Positions 10,360 to 20,132 of a stretch of 64,000 nt of DNA are shown one piece after another. The stretch is from Gemmatimonadaceae bacterium. GTDB taxonomy: Bacteria > Gemmatimonadota > Gemmatimonadetes > Gemmatimonadales > Gemmatimonadaceae. The notes below the pieces were generated by a model that saw only the letters and a list, made by a program, of their open reading frames with translations, did no database searches and had not been told where the DNA came from. The stretch covers positions 224,001 to 288,000 of the forward strand of contig JBHYGA010000005.1 of the NCBI GenBank assembly GCA_051859245.1, in the 5' to 3' direction. A program made the translations under genes and the position numbers. Position 1 is the first letter of the stretch. Every line of letters begins with the position of its first letter.

Positions 10360-10875
10360 ATGTCTCCGCATCACGAGCCGTTCATTGCGCAGTCGGCGTA
10401 CATCCATAGCGCGGCGGTGGTACACGGCGACGTGCATCTGGGCGAACACGCGAGTGTGTGGCCCACGGCGGTGATTCGCGGCGATGTGGCGCGCATTACC
10501 ATCGGCGATCGCAGCAACGTGCAGGACGGCGCGGTGATTCACGCCGACGCTGGTGTGCCCACCACGATTGGCAACGATTGTGTGATCGGGCACCGCGCGA
10601 TTGTGCACGGATCAACGCTTGAGGACGGTGTGCTGGTTGGCATGGGCGCGATTCTGCTCAACGGTGTGTACGTGGAGCGTGGCAGCATTATCGGCGCCGG
10701 TGCGGTGGTCACCGAAGGCACACGTGTGCCGGCCGGATCACTGATGCTTGGTGTGCCGGCGAAAGTCGTGCGCACGCTGGATGCAGCGCGTCAGGCCGCG
10801 ATCATTGAGAATGCCGCGCGGTATGTGGTTCAGGCTGCCGCGTACCGCGATGGAGACGTTCCCCGGCGAACGTAG
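10360..10875 (+). CDS. Gamma carbonic anhydrase family / hexapeptide-repeat protein (YrdA/PaaY-like)
   Basis: GDV.LG...SVWP.AVIRGD, SNVQDGAVIH, IGH.AIVHG and LVGMGA; GGGAG ribosome-binding site upstream of ATG 10360. Confidence 0.92.
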   Translation: MSPHHEPFIAQSAYIHSAAVVHGDVHLGEHASVWPTAVIRGDVARITIGDRSNVQDGAVIHADAGVPTTIGNDCVIGHRAIVHGSTLEDGVLVGMGAILLNGVYVERGSIIGAGAVVTEGTRVPAGSLMLGVPAKVVRTLDAARQAAIIENAARYVVQAAAYRDGDVPRRT

Positions 10876-11470
10876 TCGCGTGATGGCGGTGTGGGCTGGC
10901 GTGGGCGTCATTTCAACGTCACCAGCCGTTGGAGCACGCGATCCTGAGCAAATGAGCTATTGCGCTCGCTCGGTTCGGGGTCAGAAAGGCGGCCTTCGTG
11001 ATTCCGGGCAAGCGCGTGGTCAAGGTGCCTCACCACTGTGGCGTCCCCGCTGACGCTTGCACTCCGCAGGTGTGGTGCGAGCTCAGCAGGCGTCGCAGGG
11101 ACGGGACGCGTAACTCGTTGTGTGTGAGGGGTTTCCAGATTTGGGACCAGACGAACTGACCGGCGGCCTCAACAGCGGTGTGTCACAAAGGTTGGCGAGC
11201 TCAGCTGTATGTGGGCACGTGGTGGACAACTTGTCCGTTCACACAAAAGCGTGATGTCATTTTCGCAAAGCATTTCATTGCAAGCAGTTACAGAAGTACT
11301 TGCGCGGGCTCACGAATAGGGGCACCATACGCCCCCGCACGACACCCCCGCCATGACGCGAACGGCTTCGATGCGCCATCTTTCATAGCTGCGCTGCTCT
11401 GCCGTTATCGCTGCCCAAATCGCCTTCGTTCAGCAGTCCTTCGTCATATCCAGTAACAGGAGTCTGAGTC

Positions 11471-14047
11471 ATGCCATTTACGTCAACGCCCCCGGACGGT
11501 CCGGTGACGCTCACCAGCAACGCACGCACGGTCCTTGAAAAGCGCTATCTCGTAAAGGATGCTGCGGGCAAGCCGGTTGAGACGCCGGAGCAAATGTTCT
11601 GGCGCGTGGCGACGGTTGTAGCCGAAGCGGATCGTCGCTTTGGTGCGAGCGATGGGGCGGTGCAGGCGGCGGCCGAGGAGTTCTATTTCCTCATGACGCA
11701 GCGTCGGTTTGAGCCGAACTCGCCCACGCTCATGAACGCTGGTCGTCCGTTGGGGCAGCTCTCCGCGTGTTTTGTGTTGCCCGTGGAAGACGCGCTCAGC
11801 AACGGCGAAAGCGGCATTTATGATACGCTGCGCAGCATGGCACTCATTCACCAGAGCGGCGGTGGCACGGGCTTCTCGTTCTCGCGTTTGCGTTCACGCG
11901 GTGCGATGGTGCGTAGCACGACGGGTGTTGCGAGCGGCCCGGTGTCGTTCATGCAGTTGTACGATGCGAGCACGGATGCCGTGAAGCAGGGCGGCACGCG
12001 TCGTGGTGCGAACATGGGCATTCTGCGCGTAGATCATCCCGATGTGTTCGAGTTCATCTCGAGCAAGGAAGATCTCACCAAGATCACGAACTTCAATATT
12101 TCGGTGGGCATCACCACCAAGTTCATGGACGCGCTCAAGGCCGACGGTGAGTACGATCTGATTGATCCGAGCAACGGTCAGGTCACGGGTCAGCTGCGCG
12201 CGCGCGAAGTGTGGGACAAGATGATCCTCGGCGCGTGGCGTACCGGCGAGCCTGGTGTGTTCTTCATTGACGAAGCCAATCGCTACAACCCGGTACCGCA
12301 CCTGGGCAGCTACGAAGCCACCAATCCGTGTGGTGAGCAGCCGCTGCTGCCGTACGACGTGTGCAACCTGGGCTCCATCAATGTTGGCTGGTACGTGCAG
12401 GATGGTGTGATGAACTGGGACGCGTTCAAGCGCGACATTCATCTCAGCACGCACTTCCTCGACAACATCATCGACGTCAACAAGTATCCGCTTCCCGAAA
12501 TCACGTCGCTCGCGCAGCGCATTCGCCGCATTGGTCTGGGAGTGATGGGCTTTGCCGACATGCTCGTGCGCATGGGCATTCCGTATGACAGCCCGGAAGG
12601 CGTGGAGATGGGCCGTCGAGTGATGGAGTTCCTCGATGTTGAAGCGAAGAAGGAAAGCGAGCGGTTGGCCAAGGAGCGTGGTGCGTTCCCCGAGTGGGCG
12701 CGTTCCATCTGGGGGCCCGACGAAACGTGCGCGCGTGATGAAAACGGTCAGCGCATTCGTCCCATGCAGCTGCTGCGCAATTGCAACGTGACCACCGTTG
12801 CGCCCACGGGCACGATCTCGATCATTGCCGGTTGCTCAAGCGGTCTCGAGCCGTTGTTCGCGGTGGCGTTCATGCGCAATCAGGCCGGCGTGATGATGCC
12901 CGATGTGAACGAAGACTTTGTGGCCATTGCCAAGGCGGGCGGTTGGTATTCCGACGCGCTCATGGAGAAGATTGCCAAGACAGGCACCGTGAAACACGAC
13001 GAAGTGCCGGAGCGTGTGCAGAAGTTGTTCAACACGGCGAACAACATTTCACCCGAGTATCACATTCGCATGCAGGCCGCGTTCCAGGATCACTGCGACT
13101 CGGCCATCTCCAAGACCACCAACTTCTCGTACACCGCCACGCAGGACGACGTGCGCGCCATTTACGAGTTGGCGTACGAGCTCAAGTGCAAGGGTGTCAC
13201 CGTGTACCGCGACGGTTCGCGTGACAACCAGGTGCTCAGCACCGGTGCAACGGCCGATGCTGCAGCCAAGCGTGAAGAAGTGAAGGCCGCGGGTTCGGCT
13301 GAGGGTGTGAAGAGCGCCGAGCCGGCCAAGGGTGACAAGGGCGAGCTTGTGGCACTCAAGCGTGAGATGGGCGAGTTGCAGGGCACGATCGCCGAGTTGC
13401 AGAACGAACTCGATCGTTCGCGTAAGCTGCTGCACAGTGCAGAGGCCGAGAATGCCGCGCGTCGTGCGAAGCGTTCGCGTCCGGATGTGTTGCGTGGAAC
13501 GACGATTCGCAAAGAGACGCCGCTTGGCACGATGTTCGTGAACATCACGGAAGACGAAAAGGGTCAGCCGTTTGAAGTGTTCATTAATCTCGGCAAGGCT
13601 GGCGGTGCTGCGATGAGTGATGCGGAGGCGATCGGTCGCCTGGTGTCGCTGGCGCTGCGGTCGGGTATTCCGCTCATGGAGATTCACCGTCAGTTGCGCG
13701 GTATTGCGAGCGATCGTGCGGTTGGGCTCGGGCCGAACAAGGTGTTGAGTGTGCCTGACGCGATCGGCTTGGCGCTTGAGACGTGGTACCGCGAGAAGCA
13801 GGGTGTGCAGCAGGACTTGCTGTCGAGTGCCGCTGCTGCGCCGGTGGTGACGTTGATGCCGCCGTCACCGGTGCCGGTGGCGCCGACGCCGCGGCCGAGT
13901 GTTGATGCGGGAACGCAGGCGATGGGGTTTGAGAGCTACAATGCGGGTGACACGTTCATGGGGACGTGCCCGGATTGTGGGTCACAGCTGGAGTTTGCTG
14001 AAGGCTGCGTGAAGTGTCACGTGTGTGGGTTTAGTGAGTGTGGGTGA
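11471..14047 (+). CDS. nrdJ: Class II (adenosylcobalamin-dependent) ribonucleotide reductase with TSCPD domain and C-terminal Cys cluster; no ATP-cone
   Basis: NSPTLMN, SACFV, GGGTG, ATNPCGEQ, CNLGSIN, TVAPTG, KGVTVYRDGSR, SVPDAIG and CPDCG..EGCVKCHVCGFSECG; AGGAG ribosome-binding site. Confidence 0.95.
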   Translation: MPFTSTPPDGPVTLTSNARTVLEKRYLVKDAAGKPVETPEQMFWRVATVVAEADRRFGASDGAVQAAAEEFYFLMTQRRFEPNSPTLMNAGRPLGQLSACFVLPVEDALSNGESGIYDTLRSMALIHQSGGGTGFSFSRLRSRGAMVRSTTGVASGPVSFMQLYDASTDAVKQGGTRRGANMGILRVDHPDVFEFISSKEDLTKITNFNISVGITTKFMDALKADGEYDLIDPSNGQVTGQLRAREVWDKMILGAWRTGEPGVFFIDEANRYNPVPHLGSYEATNPCGEQPLLPYDVCNLGSINVGWYVQDGVMNWDAFKRDIHLSTHFLDNIIDVNKYPLPEITSLAQRIRRIGLGVMGFADMLVRMGIPYDSPEGVEMGRRVMEFLDVEAKKESERLAKERGAFPEWARSIWGPDETCARDENGQRIRPMQLLRNCNVTTVAPTGTISIIAGCSSGLEPLFAVAFMRNQAGVMMPDVNEDFVAIAKAGGWYSDALMEKIAKTGTVKHDEVPERVQKLFNTANNISPEYHIRMQAAFQDHCDSAISKTTNFSYTATQDDVRAIYELAYELKCKGVTVYRDGSRDNQVLSTGATADAAAKREEVKAAGSAEGVKSAEPAKGDKGELVALKREMGELQGTIAELQNELDRSRKLLHSAEAENAARRAKRSRPDVLRGTTIRKETPLGTMFVNITEDEKGQPFEVFINLGKAGGAAMSDAEAIGRLVSLALRSGIPLMEIHRQLRGIASDRAVGLGPNKVLSVPDAIGLALETWYREKQGVQQDLLSSAAAAPVVTLMPPSPVPVAPTPRPSVDAGTQAMGFESYNAGDTFMGTCPDCGSQLEFAEGCVKCHVCGFSECG

Positions 14048-14100
14048 TACTCAATCTCTGCGACTGCGCACCGATGCACGCGTGATGTCTTGGTGAGATA

Positions 14101-14141
14101 GACGACGGGCCCTACAGCGTGATGCTGTGGGGCCCGTCGTC
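14101..14141. terminator. 18-bp GC-rich hairpin after nrdJ; probable terminator at the left edge of the island
   Basis: GACGACGGGCCCTACAGC-gtgat-GCTGTGGGGCCCGTCGTC, one G:U pair, no U-tract. Confidence 0.75.
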
Positions 14142-14248
14142 GAATTGTGGATACAGATGAGGCTGCTAGTTCGGCGTATGCCACGTTTCGTCATGAGTAC
14201 TGCCCATCTTGGGCGCGCTCTCTTCGCATTCTTGAGAAGGAGGTAGGC

Positions 14249-15046
14249 GTGAGATTCGCGATCTTCGTGGATGGTTCAAATCTTTTCGGATCCCTGAAAG
14301 CGATGAATCTGGAGATCGACGATTATGAAGCACTGTACGGTCATCTCTTCCGTGAGGCCAACCTGACACTTCAGAAGAGCACGCACAGTACAGGAGCTAT
14401 GGGTGCCGCGCTACGACGTGTCTATTGGTACGCGGTGGGTTCAATCGATGACTGGGACCTATCGCTGCCGCAGTCTCAAACCGCCCTTCGAAATGCTTTC
14501 ACCAAGGATAAAGACATTCGTAACGCATGGATGGCATTGGTTGGCAAATCAAGCCCTGGAGTGGCGGGCACAGTGCTCGAAGACAATGCGTGGAATGCCT
14601 GCTTCAACGACTTCGACGCGTGGTACAAGAAGAAGCGTGAAATTCTTGATGGTATGCGACGCTTTCATCAAGGGGTTCGAATCAGTACCGACCTAATCGA
14701 CGTGCTAGAACATGGTCACTGGAAGGTCAACTTCTTGCACAAATGGGTGGAAGAAAAGGGGCTCGATACATCGCTTGCGGTAGATATGGTAGCGCTGCAG
14801 GAAAACTACGACGTAGCGGTGGTCGTGTCGGGAGACGCCGACAGCATTCCTTCTATACGTCACATGAAGAAGCGCAACAAGCTGATCGCCGCCGTCGAGT
14901 TCATTAACGGCTCACCGCCAGAACATCGAGGTCGCACTTTCTCCTCCCGTTTGAAGGAACATGCAGACTTCGTGATCAGAATCTATGAAACCGAGCTAAT
15001 TCGGCTCAAGGTCGCCCGTCGTCCAACTCCGAAGGGGACAGTTTGA
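14249..15046 (+). CDS. NYN/LabA-DUF88 (PIN-fold) domain protein, putative RNase
   Basis: FVDGSNL, EEKGLDTSLAVDM and VVSGDAD acidic motifs; AAGGAGGT ribosome-binding site before GTG 14249. Confidence 0.88.
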   Translation: MRFAIFVDGSNLFGSLKAMNLEIDDYEALYGHLFREANLTLQKSTHSTGAMGAALRRVYWYAVGSIDDWDLSLPQSQTALRNAFTKDKDIRNAWMALVGKSSPGVAGTVLEDNAWNACFNDFDAWYKKKREILDGMRRFHQGVRISTDLIDVLEHGHWKVNFLHKWVEEKGLDTSLAVDMVALQENYDVAVVVSGDADSIPSIRHMKKRNKLIAAVEFINGSPPEHRGRTFSSRLKEHADFVIRIYETELIRLKVARRPTPKGTV

Positions 15047-15153
15047 AGGTTTGAGGTTGCTGCTAAGTAACACGACTGCATGTGCGATTACGGACGCCAG
15101 CGGTCTCGGCTCCACCTGAGGACTCCCCACCACCTGCACCAGCCCAGCATCGA

Positions 15154-16635
15154 ATGAATATCACGCCAGGACGGCGCGCGCTCGACAAGATCTACAAGCG
15201 GCGCAATCGATACGAAATACCAGACTGGCAACGAGGAGAAGTCTGGGATCTCGTCAAGAAGCAGCAGCTCATTGACAGCATCCTTCGCGGATGGCGTCTC
15301 CCGAAGCTTTACTTCGTGGTCACGTCTGCCGATTCATATGAGGTGGTTGACGGGCAGCAACGGCTCAGTGCGATATACGAGTTCTTTGGAAACGAACTCC
15401 CACTTTCAGAGGACTCTGCACGGGTTTTCGGAGGTCCGTTTTACAGCGAGCTTCCGCCAAAATACGCTGATGCTTTTGATGATTTCGAGATTGACTACGA
15501 CGAAATCCAAGACGCAACTGACAACGAGCTGAAACAGTTCTTTCAGCGGCTTCAAGCGGGCCTGCCGCTCACAAGCAGTGAAAAGCTGAATGCTGTGCAT
15601 AGCCGCTTGCGAGACTTCTGTCGTCGAGTAAGCGATCACAAGTTCATCAAAACTCGAACAGCACTGGTGGACTCGCGGCTGTCTTTCTTTGACGTGATGA
15701 GCAAGGTTGCGACGCTTGAGATTGAGGGGATAGATGCAGGCTTACGCTTCGATGACGTCAAGAGCGTGTTCGACGCAAACGACTCATTCGTTGCTACATC
15801 AGCTGTAGCGAAGCGCATTAGCAAAGCCATGGAGTTCCTGGCTGTTGCCTTTCCTCGAGTAGAGGCTGGCCTCAAGAATCGCACCATTGTTCAATCGGTC
15901 ATTACACTCGCGTGCCAGCTAGTTGCAACAAGAAGGCAGCAAGGACTGGAGAGAAAGTTCGCAAAGTTCATTCGATCGTTTCTTGAAGAACTGAGTCGGC
16001 AGGTGGAGCTTGGTCAGGCAGCAACGGACCTTGACTACATTCGATTTCAGAGGACTGTTAGTGCGAACTTGAAGACAGGTGCAAGAACTCGGAACGAGAT
16101 ATTGCTTCGTAAGGCATTCCTTTTCGATCGCTCAATCGCAGATGCCTTCGGTCCAATGGCAGTGGCCACAAGTGGGATTGAGCTGCGAGTAGCGGATCTT
16201 GGGGAGGCGATCGCGAAGCAGATAGGTCGCTTGAACAGCGGGTATGCAGCAAAGCATGGCCATGACTTGTTCAAGTCAACAAACAAGACGACGCAGGCAC
16301 TAGTCCGGCTTCGAAAGCCAATAAAGGATCTCGATACCTATCGTGCTCTAATCGACGACCTCTATTTTGTTTTTAAGGAAGGAGTCGGCGCTCGGCTCGA
16401 GGGAAAGATGCCAGACTCATTCACTGATGTGAATATTTTGAGAACTGATCTTCAGCACGACTTGGATCATGGCAACGCAGGCAAGGCCGCGTCGAAGCGA
16501 CGAAAGACTGGGACAACCTTTCGTCGCTACGCCGGCACCGGATCACCTGATACACTTGAAACTAGTCGATTCGTTCTAGTTCAGGCCAATCTGCTTACTG
16601 CGATCGAAGCAGACTTGTTGACGCTTTCCCAATAG
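15154..16635 (+). CDS. DUF262 (GmrS/ParB-like) domain protein with a C-terminal HEPN-like RxxxxH motif
   Basis: IPDWQRGEVW, LIDSILRG, VVDGQQRL and FQRLQ motifs; C-terminal helical region contains LRTDLQHD (R-x4-H at 16441-16458). Confidence 0.8.
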   Translation: MNITPGRRALDKIYKRRNRYEIPDWQRGEVWDLVKKQQLIDSILRGWRLPKLYFVVTSADSYEVVDGQQRLSAIYEFFGNELPLSEDSARVFGGPFYSELPPKYADAFDDFEIDYDEIQDATDNELKQFFQRLQAGLPLTSSEKLNAVHSRLRDFCRRVSDHKFIKTRTALVDSRLSFFDVMSKVATLEIEGIDAGLRFDDVKSVFDANDSFVATSAVAKRISKAMEFLAVAFPRVEAGLKNRTIVQSVITLACQLVATRRQQGLERKFAKFIRSFLEELSRQVELGQAATDLDYIRFQRTVSANLKTGARTRNEILLRKAFLFDRSIADAFGPMAVATSGIELRVADLGEAIAKQIGRLNSGYAAKHGHDLFKSTNKTTQALVRLRKPIKDLDTYRALIDDLYFVFKEGVGARLEGKMPDSFTDVNILRTDLQHDLDHGNAGKAASKRRKTGTTFRRYAGTGSPDTLETSRFVLVQANLLTAIEADLLTLSQ

Positions 16636-16750
16636 CTGAGCCGATGCTTTGCTCGCGCGCCGAATGCCGTCAGTCGAGCGCGTTGTGCGCAAAAAGCTTC
16701 CGGCGCTGTACTCGATCATGTAGTGTCGCTGTTTTTCGCCCCGCCAGAAT

Positions 16751-16998
16751 TGAGATGCCCCACGTTCGTAGACAGTGAGTTAAGCTACCGCGCGTGTCCG
16801 CTCGAAGTCGAGCGGGCTGAGATACCCGAGCTTGGAGTGCCGCCGCGTCGTGTTGTAGAAGCGTTCGATGAAGTCGAAGATGTCCGCGCGTGCCGCATCA
16901 CGCGTGTCATAGTGTCGCCGGTTGACGCGTCGATCTTGAGTGTGGAGAAGAAACTCTCAGCCACTGCGTTGTCCCAGAAGTTGCCGGCGCGACTCATG
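16751..16998 (-). mobile_element. IS3-family remnant: right terminal IR and frameshifted OrfB C-terminus
   Basis: SMSRAGNFWDNAVAESFFSTLK, then in another frame ARADIFDFIERFYNTTRRHSKLGYLSPLDFE; terminal TGAGATGCCCCACGTTCGTAGACA at 16751. Confidence 0.88.
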
Positions 16999-17230
16999 CT
17001 ACGTCGTTCAGCGTTTCTGCCGGCGTCTTCCATCCTAACGTCTTGCGTGGTCGGTTATTCAAGGCCAGTGCGACGGCTTGCATCTCTTGCTCACTCCATC
17101 GAGACAAGTCGGTGCTCTTGGGAAAATATTGTCGCAGCAGCCCCTTCGTATTCTCGTTGGTGCCGCGTTGCCACGGACTATGAGGGTCCGCAAAGAAGAC
17201 CTTCACATCGGACTCGATAGAGAAGCGAGC
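16997..17230 (-). mobile_element. IS30-family transposase C-terminal remnant
   Basis: VKVFFADPHSPWQRGTNENTKGLLRQYFPKSTDLS...LNNRPRKTLGWKTPAE; 5' part missing. Confidence 0.9.
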
Positions 17231-17259
17231 AACACCTTGTGGCGCATGCGTTGCCTCGA

Positions 17260-18615
17260 TTACCGCGCCTCCATGCGCATACGCCAACGTTCCGGTGGAC
17301 GCGTGGGCGCGGTGAGGTCCGGGCGTGCATCGCCGTGCCCCGGAGCATCCGGGGAGAGGCGGAGTCGCCAACGCTGCGCGGTCGTCGCGAGAATCAACAC
17401 CGCTTCCCAGGTCGCAAAGTGCTCGCCGATACACACGCGGGCGCCACCACCGAAGGGGAACCACGCGAAGCGCGGTCGGGCAGCGATCTCGGACTCGATC
17501 AACCAGCGCTCGGGGCGAAAGACCTCGGGCGTGTCCCACCAGCGCGCGTCGCGCTGTGTTACCCACGGGCTCAGCACCACGATCTCGCCGCGCCGCAGCG
17601 TCAACCCGGGGGCGGCATCGCCCAATTGCACCTCGGTGTTCGACCGTCGAAACACGAAGGGAATGGTGGGCCAGAGGCGCAATGTTTCGTCGAACAGCGC
17701 GCGTGTATATGACAGCCGTGGCAGATCTTCGAGCGTAGGTGGGCGCCCACCTAACGCATCCACCTCTTCGTGCAGCCGCGCTTCCGCCTCGGGGTGTTCG
17801 GCCAGCAGTCGCCAGGCCCATGTGAGTGCGCTTGCCGTGGTCTCGTGACCCGCGAGTACGAGCGTCATGATTTCATCGCGCACCCAGCGATCGCTCAGGG
17901 GTCGCGACGCGCTCGGTGTATCGCGTTGCGCGTCTTGGGTCGCATCACCTGCCGCATCGCGCGCCGCGAGCAGCATGGCCAGCAGGTCATCCCGCGAAAC
18001 GCCGCCGGCGCGGGCTGCGCGCGCCTGGTCAATGAGCGATACAATGCGCGCATCGAGACGGTCTCGGTGGGCCACAAATCGGCGAGCAGCGGGGAGCGGG
18101 AGGTGCTCGAGCCAGCGGGCCACCGGCAGCGTGAGCGGCCCGTAGAGCGCCAGCCCGGCGTCGAGGTAGGCCCGCACGTCGTCCACTGCGGCAGCGTCGG
18201 CATCACCAAACAGTGCCTCCCCTACAATCGACAGCGTAAGCGCCACCATCGATTCGCGCAGCGGCAGCAGCTCGCCGTCGTGGCGTGCATTGACCCAGCG
18301 GAGCGCGTGCGCTGACATCACGTCGCCATAACGCGCGAGGCGCTCGCGATGAAAGGCCGGCTGCAGTACGCGCCGTTGCCGACGATGTGCGTCGCCCTGC
18401 GCTTGCAACACTCCATCGCCGGTAATGCGTCGCACCGCCTCGAACGCGAGTCCACGGAAATCGCGCTGGCGGGACACAAGTACTTCGCGCACCGCGTCAG
18501 GATGCGCGAGGAGCCTCACCCGCGCCGGGCCGAGTTGGAGGCGCGGCGCATCACCGGTCGCAGCGGCGGCGACCAGCGCGCCGAGTGGGTCGCGCAAGAA
18601 AGCGAGCAACGCCAC
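17260..18615 (-). CDS. Cytochrome P450
   Basis: I-helix AGHETT, ExxR (ETLR), PERW and heme-binding FPFGGGARVCIG. Confidence 0.95.
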   Translation of the reverse strand: MALLAFLRDPLGALVAAAATGDAPRLQLGPARVRLLAHPDAVREVLVSRQRDFRGLAFEAVRRITGDGVLQAQGDAHRRQRRVLQPAFHRERLARYGDVMSAHALRWVNARHDGELLPLRESMVALTLSIVGEALFGDADAAAVDDVRAYLDAGLALYGPLTLPVARWLEHLPLPAARRFVAHRDRLDARIVSLIDQARAARAGGVSRDDLLAMLLAARDAAGDATQDAQRDTPSASRPLSDRWVRDEIMTLVLAGHETTASALTWAWRLLAEHPEAEARLHEEVDALGGRPPTLEDLPRLSYTRALFDETLRLWPTIPFVFRRSNTEVQLGDAAPGLTLRRGEIVVLSPWVTQRDARWWDTPEVFRPERWLIESEIAARPRFAWFPFGGGARVCIGEHFATWEAVLILATTAQRWRLRLSPDAPGHGDARPDLTAPTRPPERWRMRMEAR

Positions 18616-18806
18616 GGTTACACTCTCCTCGCAGGGGCAGGGAACGCAAACTCAACCTGCAACAGAATGCATTTGGTGGCGGTCACGGTGCCCACATCCT
18701 GATCGACAGCAAGGTCCCTGGCGCGCGGGTTCAATCACTGGAACATGTGCACAGCGCAGCGCCCCCCAACCCGCGCCATTCGACATTCAATCCACAGTCG
18801 AGTACG

Positions 18807-20018
18807 ATGCAGCGTATGCAAGCCATTCGACGTGCTTTCGCATGGGTGGCCGCCCTGGTGATCAGCGTTATCGCGACGCCCACTATCGCCACCGCCCAAC
18901 TCACCGTGCGCGTGAGCCAGCTTCCACCAGGCACACCACCGGGAGCCATCGTCTTCATTGCCGGTGACTTCAACCGGTGGAATCCGGGTGACACCGCGTG
19001 GGCGCTCCGCGCCACTGCCGATGGCGCGCTCACGCTCACGTTGCCAGCGTCCATTCGTGGACCAATCGCGTTCAAGTTCACGCGAGGAAGTTGGACCTCG
19101 GTGGAGACGACGATTGACGGCTCCGATATTCCAAATCGATCCGTCGTCATTCCTCAAGCAGGCGACACGACGTATACCACGAGCATCGCTGCGTGGAAAT
19201 CCTCCGACGGCCGCAACACGCGCACGCGTTCCACTGCGCGCCCGTCTGTGCGTATTCTGAGCGACAGCTTCGCCATGCCCGGTCTCGGTCGCACGCGCCG
19301 CGTGTGGATCTACCTGCCGCCAGGGTATGATCGCGGTACGCAGCGCTATCCCGTGGTGTACCTGCAGGATGGGCAGAACGTTTTCGACGCGGCCACGAGT
19401 TTCTCCGGCGAATGGGGAGTTGACGAAACGATCGATTCGCTCGCGGCGCGTGGCGCTGCCGGTGCCATCGTAGTTGCCGTCGACAACGGGGGCGCGCTGC
19501 GATTGAGCGAATACAATCCGTGGAAGAATGCGTCGCCCCGACTGGGAGGCGGCGAGGGAGACGCGTTCGTGGATTTCCTCGCGCGCACGCTCAAGCCGTA
19601 CATCGATGCACGGTATCGCACGCACTCTGATGCACGCAGCACCACCATCGCCGGATCGAGTATGGGCGGTCTGATTGCGTTGTACGCGTCGCTCACGCGC
19701 CCCGACGTGTTCGGCAACGCCGGCGTCTTCTCGTGCGCATGCTGGATCGCGCGCGATTCGATCATGGCGTTGGTGCAACGCACGAGCGCAGGAGGGTCGC
19801 GCGCGCGGTTCTACTTCGTGGTGGGCTCGCAAGAGGGACGCAATCGAGAACCAGAGAACGACCAGACAGCCATTGTCACGGCGCTCAACAACGCCGGATT
19901 ACGCACCGGCAGCGAGGTCGTCGCGCGTGTCGCGGCCGATGGCAGGCACGAGGAGTGGTTCTGGCGACGGGAGTTCCCGGCGGCGTACTTGTGGCTTACC
20001 GGAGCGGCCGGTCGCTAA
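18807..20018 (+). CDS. Exported alpha/beta-hydrolase (esterase) with N-terminal CBM20/starch-binding-like module
   Basis: Signal peptide; IFIAGDFNRWNPG and FKFTRGSW; YLPPGY, DGQNVFD, nucleophile GSSMGG and HEEWFW. Confidence 0.85.
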   Translation: MQRMQAIRRAFAWVAALVISVIATPTIATAQLTVRVSQLPPGTPPGAIVFIAGDFNRWNPGDTAWALRATADGALTLTLPASIRGPIAFKFTRGSWTSVETTIDGSDIPNRSVVIPQAGDTTYTTSIAAWKSSDGRNTRTRSTARPSVRILSDSFAMPGLGRTRRVWIYLPPGYDRGTQRYPVVYLQDGQNVFDAATSFSGEWGVDETIDSLAARGAAGAIVVAVDNGGALRLSEYNPWKNASPRLGGGEGDAFVDFLARTLKPYIDARYRTHSDARSTTIAGSSMGGLIALYASLTRPDVFGNAGVFSCACWIARDSIMALVQRTSAGGSRARFYFVVGSQEGRNREPENDQTAIVTALNNAGLRTGSEVVARVAADGRHEEWFWRREFPAAYLWLTGAAGR

Positions 20019-20021
20019 GGG

Positions 20022-20132
20022 GTGCGGACGCGCCGCGGGCAACACAGTATTCGCATCAACGATCAATACCGGATCTGCTTCCGGTGGGAGGAGGGCTATG
20101 CCGACGACGTCGAAGTCACGGACTACCACTAA
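20022..20132 (+). pseudogene. higB: 5'-truncated HigB/RelE-family toxin remnant
   Basis: Not in the ORF track. Reads GQHSIRINDQYRICFRWEEGYADDVEVTDYH*, the canonical HigB C-terminus; the N-terminal part is absent. Confidence 0.85.

Noticed and set aside
10876..11470. Cobalamin riboswitch or small ORFs upstream of B12-dependent nrdJ
   Set aside because: No B12-box or GGGAA/GCCACTG core was found; the short ORFs lack ribosome-binding sites and recognisable motifs.
11471..14047. Intein or intron in nrdJ
   Set aside because: Catalytic motifs are contiguous and no splicing or homing-endonuclease motifs were seen.
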